64,000 bases of DNA from Deltaproteobacteria bacterium (lineage in GTDB: Bacteria; Myxococcota_A; Polyangia; Fen-1088), in the NCBI GenBank assembly GCA_033763315.1, contig JANRKS010000031.1:1-64000 (forward strand). The letters are read 5' to 3'. The notes below the pieces were generated by a model. It saw only the letters and a program-made list of their open reading frames with translations. It was not told the origin of the DNA and did no database searches. Every line of letters starts with the position of its first letter. Position 1 is the stretch's first letter. A program made the position numbers and the translations under genes. Of the stretch, positions 55,179 through 64,000 are shown piece by piece.

Positions 55179-58100
55179 GTGCTTGCCCTGCCCGGTACGT
55201 CCGCCTTTTCCTCTGCCCGCCTCAACAAACAGCTTGCCTTGGTGCGTGCGCAGAACCCCGGAATCGAGGCGTTGTACGCCCGCTTCGTGCACTTCATCGA
55301 CGCCCAGGACAACGACGTCGACGCGCCCACGCGGGCGACCCTGGAAAAGCTGTTGCGGTATGGCCCCAAGGACGTGGCCAAGAAGGCCGAAGGCACACGG
55401 CTGTGGGTGGTGCCCCGCTTGGGCACGATCTCACCTTGGTCTTCGAAGGCCACCGACATCGCGCGCATCTGCGGCTTGTCGCAGGTGTTACGCATCGAAC
55501 GCGGCATCGAATACACGATCGTTGGTGACGTGGCATCGCCTGCGGCTTTGCGCGCCGCCTTGCATGACCGCATGACAGAAACCGTTTTGCAAAGCGAAGC
55601 CGAGGCCGAGCGTTTGTTTGTGCGTGCTGCCCCGAAGCCGCTTTCCACGGTCGACGTGATCGCGCAAGGCCGCCAGGCACTTGTGGCCGCCAACGCCAAC
55701 TTGGGTTTGGCCTTGGCCGACGACGAGATTGACTACCTGACGCGCAGCTTCGAAGGCTTGGGACGCAACCCCACGGATGTGGAGTTGATGATGTTCGCGC
55801 AAGCCAACAGCGAACACTGTCGTCACAAGATCTTCAATGCCGACTTTGTGATCGACGGCGAAACGCAAACGCAATCGCTGTTCCGAATGATCCGGCGCAG
55901 CACCGAAGCCAGCCCGGGTGGCGTGCTTTCAGCCTACAAAGACAACGCCGCCGTGATTGAAGGCAGCGAAGGCGGCCGCTTCTTCCCGGATCCGCAAACC
56001 AACGTGTACGCGAGCACGCGCGAGCCTGTGCACATCTTGATGAAAGTGGAGACGCACAACCACCCCACGGCGATCTCACCTTTCCCAGGCGCGTCCACCG
56101 GATCGGGCGGCGAAATTCGCGACGAAGGCGCCACAGGGCGTGGTGCCAAGCCCAAGGCTGGGTTAACGGGCTTTTCGGTATCGAATTTGAACCTGCCCGA
56201 GGCGGCTCGTCCGTGGGAAAACAACTATGGCAAGCCCGGCCGCATCGCTTCGGCGTTGGACATCATGCTTGAAGCGCCCTTGGGCGGCGCGGCGTTCAAC
56301 AATGAGTTTGGCCGTCCCAACCTTGCGGGGTATTTCCGCACGTTTGAACTGGAAGTGCCCGGCGTGCGTGGCCGCGAAGTGCGCGGTTATCACAAGCCCA
56401 TCATGTTGGCGGGCGGCATGGGTAACATCCGCGCGGGCCACGTGCAGAAGAATACGATTGCAGAGGGCGCGCCCGTGATCGTGTTGGGCGGGCCGGCGAT
56501 GTTGATTGGTTTGGGTGGTGGCGCGGCTTCGTCGATGGCTTCGGGCGCCTCCGCCGAAGATCTCGATTTTGCGTCCGTTCAACGTGACAACGCCGAAATG
56601 GAGCGGCGCTGCCAAGAGGTAATCGATCGGTGTTGGGCGTTGGGTGATGCCAATCCCATCGCTTCGATTCACGACGTGGGCGCGGGTGGGCTTTCGAATG
56701 CGTTGCCCGAGCTTGTGCACGGCAGTGACAGGGGCGCACGCTTTGCCTTGCGCAAGATCCCGAACGACGAACCAGGCATGTCGCCGCTTGAGATCTGGTG
56801 CAACGAATCGCAAGAGCGCTACGTTTTGGCGTTGGCGCCCGACGCGCTCAGCATCTTCACGCAAATTTGCGAACGCGAGCGCTGCCCGTTTGCGGTGTTG
56901 GGGCACGCCACCAGCGATGGCCACCTGCAGGTCAGCGACGAGCATTTCGGCAACAACCCGATCGATCTGCCGCTCGGTTTGGTGCTGGACAAGCCGCCCA
57001 AGATGCTGCGCAACGTGAAGAGCGAAAAACCAACGCTCACAACATTTGATGCGCGCAACATTGATTTGACCGAGGCGTTGCGACGCGTGTTGTTGCTGCC
57101 CACCGTGGGCGACAAAACGTTTTTGATTTCGATTGGTGACCGCAGCATCACCGGCTTGGTGGCTCGCGATCAAATGGTAGGCCCGCATCAAGTGCCCGTG
57201 GCCGACGTGGCCGTCACCGCCACCGCCTTCGACGTTTACACAGGCGAAGCGATGGCTATGGGTGAACGCACGCCTGTGGCGCTGGTGAACGCCGCCGCGG
57301 CCGCGCGCCTGACGGTGGCTGAAGCCATCACCAACTTGGCGGCCGCACCGATCGCGGATCTCAGCCACGTCAAGCTTTCGGCGAACTGGATGGCGCCCGC
57401 GGGGCACCCCGGTGAAGACGCGCGCCTTTACGAAGCTGTGCGCACGGTGGGCACCGAACTGTGTCCGGCTTTGGGCATTGCGATCCCAGTGGGCAAAGAC
57501 AGCATGTCGATGCGCACCGTGTGGCAAGAAGGTGCGGCCGAAAAGAGCGTGACGGCACCGCTGTCTCTCATCGTCACGGCGTTCGCACCTGTGGTCGACA
57601 TTCGCCGCACCCTCACGCCAGAGCTCAAGCACGGCCCAGGCATTGACTCGCGTTTGTTGTTGATCGATTTGGGCCGCGGCAAAAGCCGCTTGGGTGGCAG
57701 CGTGTTGGCGCAAGTGTTTGGCCAACTTGGCAACGAAGCACCCGATCTCGACGCGGCCGCTTCCCTCAAGGCGTTTTTCACGGCGATCCAAACGCTCAAC
57801 AACGAAGGCCTATTGTTGGCCTACCACGATCGCTCCGATGGCGGCGTGATCGTGACTTTGCTTGAGATGGCCTTTGCCGGTGGCGTGGGCTTGGACGTGG
57901 CGGTGGAGCGGTTGGGGCCAAACCCTGTGGCGTCGCTGTTCGCGGAAGAGCTGGGAGCGGTGATCCAAGTGCATGCGGGCGATCTGCCGCGGGTGCGTAT
58001 GGTGCTGGCCGAGCAAGGGTTGGAAACGGCCACACATGATGTGGCGCGTGTGGTGCCTGGCGACCGCATCGTGGTGCGCGACAACGGGCGTGTGTTGTTG

Positions 58101-59066
58101 GATGAAGCGCGATCGACCCTGCGCGGTTTGTGGTCAGACACGACGTTTCGGATGCAGTCGCTGCGCGACAACCCCGATTGCGCGGCCGAGGAGCACGCGC
58201 GTCGCACGGATGCCACCGATCCAGGCTTGACTGTGGTGTTGCCGTTCGATCCCGCCGAGGATGTAGCAGCGCCGTTCGTGGCACGTGGGGTGAGGCCGCG
58301 TGTCGCGATCTTGCGTGAGCAAGGCGTGAACGGCCAAATCGAAATGGCAGCGGCGTTCACACGGGCGGGCTTTGAGGCCGTGGACGTGCACATGAGCGAC
58401 GTGTTGGAAGGACGCGTGTCGCTGGCCAACTTCAAAGGCTTGGCGGCATGTGGCGGTTTCTCCTACGGCGACGTGTTGGGCGCCGGCGAAGGGTGGGCCA
58501 AATCAATCTTGTTCAACGCGCGGGCGCGGGAAAGCTTTCAAACGTTCTTCTATCGGCCCGATACGTTTGCCCTAGGCGTGTGCAACGGCTGCCAGATGAT
58601 GTCGAACCTGCACGAGCTGATCCCGGGCGCGCAAACGTGGCCGCGCTTTGTGCGCAACCGGTCGGATCGTTTCGAGGCCCGCTTGGGTTTGGTGGCGATG
58701 CAGAAAACACCGTCCATCTTTTTTTCGGGCATGGAAGGCGCGCGCTTGCCGATCGCGGTGGCGCACGGCGAAGGCCGCGCGGAATTCCGCGACGATTTTC
58801 ACAAAGCCTCGCTTGAAGCGGCCGGGTTGGTGGCGGCGCGTTTCGTCGATAACCGCGGCCAAGTGGCGGCCACCTATCCGGCCAACCCCAATGGCTCACC
58901 CGCAGGCATCACCGCCGTTACCACGCCCGGCGGCCGCGTGACGATTATGATGCCGCACCCCGAGCGTGTGTTCCGCACGGTGGCGCTGTCATGGCACCCC
59001 GAAGGCTGGGGCGAAGACAGCCCGTGGATGCGCATGTTCCGCAACGCGCGTGCTTGGGTGAGCTAA
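55179..59066 (+). CDS. purL: Phosphoribosylformylglycinamidine synthase (large single-chain PurL)
   Basis: [58 protein letters not shown]; start probably GTG 55179. Confidence 0.97.
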   Translation: MLALPGTSAFSSARLNKQLALVRAQNPGIEALYARFVHFIDAQDNDVDAPTRATLEKLLRYGPKDVAKKAEGTRLWVVPRLGTISPWSSKATDIARICGLSQVLRIERGIEYTIVGDVASPAALRAALHDRMTETVLQSEAEAERLFVRAAPKPLSTVDVIAQGRQALVAANANLGLALADDEIDYLTRSFEGLGRNPTDVELMMFAQANSEHCRHKIFNADFVIDGETQTQSLFRMIRRSTEASPGGVLSAYKDNAAVIEGSEGGRFFPDPQTNVYASTREPVHILMKVETHNHPTAISPFPGASTGSGGEIRDEGATGRGAKPKAGLTGFSVSNLNLPEAARPWENNYGKPGRIASALDIMLEAPLGGAAFNNEFGRPNLAGYFRTFELEVPGVRGREVRGYHKPIMLAGGMGNIRAGHVQKNTIAEGAPVIVLGGPAMLIGLGGGAASSMASGASAEDLDFASVQRDNAEMERRCQEVIDRCWALGDANPIASIHDVGAGGLSNALPELVHGSDRGARFALRKIPNDEPGMSPLEIWCNESQERYVLALAPDALSIFTQICERERCPFAVLGHATSDGHLQVSDEHFGNNPIDLPLGLVLDKPPKMLRNVKSEKPTLTTFDARNIDLTEALRRVLLLPTVGDKTFLISIGDRSITGLVARDQMVGPHQVPVADVAVTATAFDVYTGEAMAMGERTPVALVNAAAAARLTVAEAITNLAAAPIADLSHVKLSANWMAPAGHPGEDARLYEAVRTVGTELCPALGIAIPVGKDSMSMRTVWQEGAAEKSVTAPLSLIVTAFAPVVDIRRTLTPELKHGPGIDSRLLLIDLGRGKSRLGGSVLAQVFGQLGNEAPDLDAAASLKAFFTAIQTLNNEGLLLAYHDRSDGGVIVTLLEMAFAGGVGLDVAVERLGPNPVASLFAEELGAVIQVHAGDLPRVRMVLAEQGLETATHDVARVVPGDRIVVRDNGRVLLDEARSTLRGLWSDTTFRMQSLRDNPDCAAEEHARRTDATDPGLTVVLPFDPAEDVAAPFVARGVRPRVAILREQGVNGQIEMAAAFTRAGFEAVDVHMSDVLEGRVSLANFKGLAACGGFSYGDVLGAGEGWAKSILFNARARESFQTFFYRPDTFALGVCNGCQMMSNLHELIPGAQTWPRFVRNRSDRFEARLGLVAMQKTPSIFFSGMEGARLPIAVAHGEGRAEFRDDFHKASLEAAGLVAARFVDNRGQVAATYPANPNGSPAGITAVTTPGGRVTIMMPHPERVFRTVALSWHPEGWGEDSPWMRMFRNARAWVS

Positions 59067-59069
59067 CGC

Positions 59070-61415
59070 TTACGCGTTCAGATCAACGCTTTCGAACCGA
59101 AAGTCTTTGCCCAACATCGTTCCCCAGATTCGCTCTGAGCCTTCATGATCGGAAGGTCCAAAGTCGATCGAAGTGCCGAGGCCCAGATCCAGCCCCTTGG
59201 TTTGCTCCAACACATCCACCAGCTCTTCTCGGTCAAAGCGCTTGCATCGCTTCAACGCATCCACCAGCAAGCAGCCAACTATGTAGCCTTCCAGGCTCAC
59301 AAAGCCGGGTGTTTCTTCCGGAAAAAAGCGCATCAAGGTTTTCCGATAGGTGATGACGCCCGTGGCTTCGGCGAATGGGTGGGGCACCACTTGCGTGACC
59401 AGCGTTTCTTTGGGCACATCGCCCAGGCCGCGCAGCTCTTCGGCCAACGCTTGGCTGTTCACGAACGAGACGTTGGCGAACATCTTTTCAACGTTCCGTT
59501 GGCGCAAGCCATCGATGAAACGCGCCGCCGCTCGATACGTGGCCACCATGACCACCGCGTCGATGCGCCCGCTTTGTGCCGCGATCTTCTCGACCGCTTG
59601 GCTCACGTTCAAGCTATTGCGTTCGTACTTGGCGTGCACCAAATGTTCGGTGGCAAAGAAGTTGTGGCGGCGCAGCTGCGCGAAAACGCCCTCTAACCCC
59701 GCCTCGCCATAGGCATCGTCTTGCGTGAACAGGGCGATGCGTTCAGGCGGAACGCGGCGGACCAGCACAAAGTGATCGATCATGGCCGCGGTCTCTTGTG
59801 CGTAGCTGGCGCGGTAGTTGAACACGTAGCGATCGGGCGGCGTCTTGCGCAGCAAGGGCGCCCCTGTCATCGCGCCCACAAATGGCGTCTTTTGCGCCAA
59901 GATCAACGGCAACACCGCTTCGGCCGTGGCCGTGCCAACGTTGCCCACCACGGCCAAAACCTTGGCTGTGCTCAACAGGCTTTGCACATTCGTTTTGGCG
60001 CGCGCCGGCTCGTAGCCATCGTCGAGTGCAATGATCTGCACGGCGCGGGGCAATTCGCCGTCGGCCTCCGCGGCGCGCAGACGCGCGTCGATCCCTGTGT
60101 GCATGGAACGGCCCAGCAGCTGTGAGGGGCCACTGAACGCGGCGCTGATGCCGAGGCGCAGCGGCTCGCGGTTACCAAGGCCCAGCTTGATGCCCATGCC
60201 GAAGCCGGCGGCACCAAAACCCGCCACGGCGCCGCCCACAAGCAGCTTGCGTCGCGATCCGCGTGGTTTCGTTGCCACAACTGCGGGTTTGAGCCGGCTT
60301 TGGATCTCCACGCCGCCAAGCGATGTTGGTGCAGCGGCACTGGGGGGCGATGGCGCCACGTTTGGCAGCAACGCTGTGGCCGCCACGCCGCGCGCGTTTT
60401 GGCCGGCGGGCGTGGGCAAAACAGCGGTGCGCGGCACAGCCACAGGCAACGCTGCCGTTGCGGCCACGACGGGCCCTGTCGCTTGGCCGCGCGCGGCCGC
60501 CGCCAAGGCTTGCCACAGCTCGGCGACGCTTGCGAAACGCTGTTGAGGATTCGCCTCCAGCGCTTTGAAGATCACCGCTTGCACCGGCACCGGCACTTCT
60601 GGTGGTGCCGCTGGCAATGGATCCGGTGCCGCGCTCAGTTGCCGCGCCATAATTGATTGCGCCGTGTGGCCACCAAACGGGTTGCGACCGGCCAACATGA
60701 AATACAAGACGGCGCCCAGGCCATAGATATCAGAACGTGCGTCGGGCTCGGCCGTGGCTGTGATCTGCTCGGGCGCCGCATAACCGGGCGTGCCCAACAT
60801 GAAGCCGTCGCGCGTGATATGCGTGTCGAGTGTGATGTGGCGGGCCAAACCAAAATCCAACACTTTCACCGCCAGGGACGCATCAGCTTTGCGCGGCAAA
60901 AACACATTCGCGGGTTTCAGATCGCGGTGCACCAAGCCCACACGGTGAGCTTCCTGAACGCCGGCACAGATCTGTTTGAAGATCTCGAGCGCGGTTGTGA
61001 ACGGCAGCCCTTGGTTGGGTGGCACCACATCATGAAGTGGGGCGCCCTCCAACAATTCCATCACTAAGAAGAAGACGCCTTGCTCAGTGTTGCCACAATC
61101 GTAAACGTGCACGATGTTGGCGTGGCTCAGCTGGCTGAGTAAGCGGGCCTCACGAAAGAAACGCGTCACCAGGCTGGGATCGCGTTCGAGGCCAGGCAAC
61201 AATGTCTTGATCGCCACGCGCCGTCCGAGCGCCAACTGCGTGCCTTCGTAAACGGCGCCGAAGCCACCCTCACCGATCTTGCGATCCACACGGTAGGTGC
61301 CTTTGAGCGTGCTGCCCGCCAAGTTCACCTCAACGGGCTTGTCAATCAACGTGACGCCATCGACGGGGCAGGTTGGCCCCGCTCCCTCGTGCCCGCATAT
61401 AGGACAAAATCGCAT
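59070..61415 (-). CDS. Ser/Thr kinase fused to a type-1 periplasmic binding (LivK-like) domain
   Basis: N-terminal CPIC..CP.DG; GEGGFG, HRDLKPAN, DFG, APEQ; TM; DDGYEP, GNVGT, FNYRASY. Confidence 0.9.
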   Translation of the reverse strand: MRFCPICGHEGAGPTCPVDGVTLIDKPVEVNLAGSTLKGTYRVDRKIGEGGFGAVYEGTQLALGRRVAIKTLLPGLERDPSLVTRFFREARLLSQLSHANIVHVYDCGNTEQGVFFLVMELLEGAPLHDVVPPNQGLPFTTALEIFKQICAGVQEAHRVGLVHRDLKPANVFLPRKADASLAVKVLDFGLARHITLDTHITRDGFMLGTPGYAAPEQITATAEPDARSDIYGLGAVLYFMLAGRNPFGGHTAQSIMARQLSAAPDPLPAAPPEVPVPVQAVIFKALEANPQQRFASVAELWQALAAAARGQATGPVVAATAALPVAVPRTAVLPTPAGQNARGVAATALLPNVAPSPPSAAAPTSLGGVEIQSRLKPAVVATKPRGSRRKLLVGGAVAGFGAAGFGMGIKLGLGNREPLRLGISAAFSGPSQLLGRSMHTGIDARLRAAEADGELPRAVQIIALDDGYEPARAKTNVQSLLSTAKVLAVVGNVGTATAEAVLPLILAQKTPFVGAMTGAPLLRKTPPDRYVFNYRASYAQETAAMIDHFVLVRRVPPERIALFTQDDAYGEAGLEGVFAQLRRHNFFATEHLVHAKYERNSLNVSQAVEKIAAQSGRIDAVVMVATYRAAARFIDGLRQRNVEKMFANVSFVNSQALAEELRGLGDVPKETLVTQVVPHPFAEATGVITYRKTLMRFFPEETPGFVSLEGYIVGCLLVDALKRCKRFDREELVDVLEQTKGLDLGLGTSIDFGPSDHEGSERIWGTMLGKDFRFESVDLNA

Positions 61416-61619
61416 TCCCGTGTGCCCGTTCTGCGGCCCATGCTTTGTGCGCGCCGCCTGGGCAACATCGGTTGTTTGCGGGCTTGGCTTGACGCTGCTG
61501 GGCGTGGGCCATGTGTATCCAGATGGCGCATCGACCTGTCGGGATTGACAGGCCTGGCGCGCGGACCATGCGAAAGCCACTGCCTCGTTCGTATGGCGTA
61601 GGTAGTCTTCGCCAGCACC

Positions 61620-62714
61620 ATGAAACACATGCAGTTCGTTGCTTCTTTGTGCTTGCCGTTGCTGTTGTGGGGCTGCCAAGCCAACAACGACACGGAAGGC
61701 TGCGATAACTCTGACGAAGGCTGCGGCGGCGCGGGCGGTGAAGCCAGTGGCGGCGCCGGAGGTGACGGCGGCACGAACGCCGGCGCAGAAGGAGGCAAAG
61801 CCAACGGTGGCCAAGGTGGCAACGCCGGTGGTGCTGCGGGTGGCTCGGGTGGCATAGCCGGGTCCGGCGGCGCTGGCGGCACAGCGGGATCCGCGGGCGG
61901 TATTGCTGGCTCCAATGGTGGTGCCGGCGGTGCGGCGACGGGCGGCGCGGGTGGCGTTGCGATGGGCGGCAGCAGCGGCACGGGCGGCGCCGCCACCGAT
62001 CCGAAAGCAAAGAATTGGGTGTTCTTAATGTTGGGTCAATCCAACATGTCAGGCATGGCCGATTGCCAGGCCGAAGACATCGTCGCTCCGCCACGCGTGT
62101 TCAAGATCGCGCGCAACAAAAGCTGGGTGCCTGGTCATGAACCCTTTAACGTCAGCGAATACAGCAGCCAAACTGGCGCCGCGTGCAAGGTGGGCGATCG
62201 CAGCATGGGCCCAAGCCGCGCGTTTGCAGTGAACTTGCTGATGCAAGTCACCGATCCTGAAGTGAACATCTATGTCGCAAACATCGCTGTCAGCGGATCG
62301 TCCATCGAACAATGGGATCCACAAACAGGCAAGAACTGGACGCCGATGTTGCCTTACCTTGATGAGGCCCTGAAAAAGGGCGTTTTGCGCGGCTTCATAT
62401 GGCATCAAGGTGAAGCCAATGGCGGCACAGATCCAGCCGTCTATGCGGCCAAGTTGGGCGCCATCGTGACCGCGATCCGCACGAGGGCCGGCAACGCGAC
62501 GGTGCCCGTGGTTGCCGGTGAAGTGGGCACCACCAGCGACACGGGCCGCGTGAACATGGCGTTGGCGATGATGGCCGCGGCTGACAAAAACTTCGGCGTG
62601 GCCACTTCGGAGAACCTATCGCTCATCGACAACGTTCACTACGACAACAAATCGCAGCGCGAGTACGGCAAGCGCTATGCCGCCGCTTGGTGGAACATCG
62701 TCAACAAGAAATGA
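61620..62714 (+). CDS. Sialate O-acetylesterase/CE6-like SGNH esterase lipoprotein
   Basis: LWGC lipobox; Gly-rich linker; GQSNM, WHQGEAN, DNVHY. Confidence 0.88.
   Translation: MKHMQFVASLCLPLLLWGCQANNDTEGCDNSDEGCGGAGGEASGGAGGDGGTNAGAEGGKANGGQGGNAGGAAGGSGGIAGSGGAGGTAGSAGGIAGSNGGAGGAATGGAGGVAMGGSSGTGGAATDPKAKNWVFLMLGQSNMSGMADCQAEDIVAPPRVFKIARNKSWVPGHEPFNVSEYSSQTGAACKVGDRSMGPSRAFAVNLLMQVTDPEVNIYVANIAVSGSSIEQWDPQTGKNWTPMLPYLDEALKKGVLRGFIWHQGEANGGTDPAVYAAKLGAIVTAIRTRAGNATVPVVAGEVGTTSDTGRVNMALAMMAAADKNFGVATSENLSLIDNVHYDNKSQREYGKRYAAAWWNIVNKK
61724..61995 (+). repeat. Low-complexity coding repeat (GGxGG/GGAGG linker)
   Basis: About 90 codons of Gly/Ala/Ser/Thr with varied synonymous codons. Confidence 0.8.
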
Positions 62715-62718
62715 CCGG

Positions 62719-63906
62719 TCAGAAATTCACCGCAGCGCCCGTGGTTGCGGTGAAACGCACGAACGATGATTCTGCGAACTGCGCGTCTGGGCTCGGGCTA
62801 TAGGCCAATCCCAACGATGCAAACAGCGCGGTGCTGTTCGATAGGTTGTACTGCGCGCCCACTGCCGGGCGTGCCTCAAACGCGCTGAGCGCCCCGGTAA
62901 CCTCAACGGCGCCGGGTGTGAGCAACGCGCTTTGCGCCTGCAAGCCGCTCACGATCATCATGCCCAGACCCACGCGCCCAAACAACGCCACCTGGTTCGG
63001 CACCACGTAATACTTAAGCGTGGGCGTGGCCAATAAAGACGTAAAAGTGATGCGGTTGTCGTTCTCGGACATGAACGTCACCTGTGCTTCGCCACCCAAA
63101 GAGAATTGCAGGTCGTCGCGTGACCACAGCCGATAGCCGCCGGATAAGGCAAACCCTGCCGCGGGTCCGGCGCCGTCAGGCGCGCCCGCGAGCCACAGGT
63201 TAAGCCCCGCCGACACCGCAAGTTCGATCGCGCCTGGGTCAGAGGACTCAACGGGGGCGGCGACGGCCGTCACAGACGCTGCCTCTGAAGGCTTTGCTGA
63301 CGCAGCCACGGGCTGCACCACGGCAGAGGAGCGCGCTTGCAGGGTCACTTCCAAACGTTCCTCCGTGCCTTCCTTCAGTTGCAGCCGCCGCTCAAACGCC
63401 GTGAAGCCGTCTTTCTCAATACGCAGCGTGTGTTGGCCGGCGTCCACGTACACGCCGTTGACTAAGGGCGTGGTGGCCACCGGTTTGCCATCGATTAACA
63501 CAGCGGCATCGTATTCGCTGCAGTTCACTTCGATCTTTGCCACGTGCGCGGCCAAGTCGTCGCGTTGCTTGCGCGCATCAGCCAGAAATTCAGGCGGAAC
63601 GTTCTGCGCGTCTTTGAGAAACAGATCAAACGCCACCAAGGCCTCGGCGTCCTTGCCCAAATTCTTCAAGGCCACGCCAATGTTGTATTGGTAGCGTGCG
63701 TTTGGGAACACGCTGTACGCCTTGCGGAAGGCTTCCACCGCTTGTTCAAGCTTGCCTTGCGACAACAGTTTGCCGCCATCAGTTGCAAGTTGCTTGGCTT
63801 GCTCACGCTGCTCATTGGTTTGTGCGTGCACAACAAGTGCGTTGCTGGCGGCACACGCGGAAAACACACAGGCGAGCGTTAAGGATCTTGTTAGGCGAAA
63901 CGGCAT
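62719..63906 (-). CDS. TPR + PEGA + C-terminal outer-membrane beta-barrel protein
   Basis: Signal peptide; A.EAFRKAY...YNIG TPR; VLIDG...TPL...G.HTLRIEKDGF PEGA; barrel strands ending in Phe. Confidence 0.8.
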   Translation of the reverse strand: MPFRLTRSLTLACVFSACAASNALVVHAQTNEQREQAKQLATDGGKLLSQGKLEQAVEAFRKAYSVFPNARYQYNIGVALKNLGKDAEALVAFDLFLKDAQNVPPEFLADARKQRDDLAAHVAKIEVNCSEYDAAVLIDGKPVATTPLVNGVYVDAGQHTLRIEKDGFTAFERRLQLKEGTEERLEVTLQARSSAVVQPVAASAKPSEAASVTAVAAPVESSDPGAIELAVSAGLNLWLAGAPDGAGPAAGFALSGGYRLWSRDDLQFSLGGEAQVTFMSENDNRITFTSLLATPTLKYYVVPNQVALFGRVGLGMMIVSGLQAQSALLTPGAVEVTGALSAFEARPAVGAQYNLSNSTALFASLGLAYSPSPDAQFAESSFVRFTATTGAAVNF

Positions 63907-63910
63907 CACA

Positions 63911-64000
63911 TCACTCGGTAAAGATAAACGGGCGGTTGGCAAGCGTAATCACGCGGCTGCGCGTGGCTTTGAATTCGTGTTCTTCGGGGTGAAAGCTGGG
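63911..64000 (-). CDS. C-terminal fragment of an upstream gene running off the window
   Basis: Open frame PSFHPEEHEFKATRSRVITLANRPFIFTE* ends 4 nt before the next ATG. Confidence 0.45.
   Translation of the reverse strand, partial: PSFHPEEHEFKATRSRVITLANRPFIFTE

Noticed and set aside
56163-57791. 542-aa antisense ORF inside purL, and similar long antisense ORFs elsewhere
   Set aside because: Expected shadow of GC-rich codon bias; no protein motifs.
61346-61996. Pro-rich minus-strand ORF
   Set aside because: Antisense reading of the Gly-rich linker.
1-64000. CRISPR array, rRNA, transposase or integrase genes
   Set aside because: No regularly spaced repeat-spacer array, rRNA signature or recombinase/transposase motifs seen in the sequence or ORF track.

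Overview
GC-rich, gene-dense bacterial chromosomal window. The content (Ser/Thr kinases with PEGA/TPR partners, an FHA-sigma54 activator, ECF/FecR-TPR cassette, Gly/Cys-rich lipoproteins, DUF1592/DUF1552 pairs) points to a Myxococcota/Polyangia-like organism (inference). About 43 CDS can be supported. Confident calls include purL, a TetR-TolC-MFP-AcrB efflux operon, GH1, GH78, GGT, SDR, PlsC-type acyltransferase, CE6/SASA esterase and an ABC-2 system. The most unusual signals are: (1) a non-coding left end holding a promoter-bearing 5' half of tRNA-Gly(GCC) with no 3' half, flanked by 22-bp direct repeats and phased 10-bp repeats (att-like junction), next to a perfect 12-8-12 inverted repeat; (2) three DUF1592/DUF1552 pairs, each apparently wired differently (a TTGAGCC-N17-GwmCTA motif shared with an ECF gene; a sigma54 -24/-12 site facing a kinase/FHA-activator operon; an upstream esterase); (3) a PA14/penta-heme cytochrome + beta-propeller + Tat GH1 + Tat TIM-barrel sugar cluster; (4) several apparent pseudo-enzymes (degenerate gluzincin, GH-A, DnaQ and GGDEF domains). 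All family assignments come from motif recognition by eye; no database search was run, and refined start codons are estimates.
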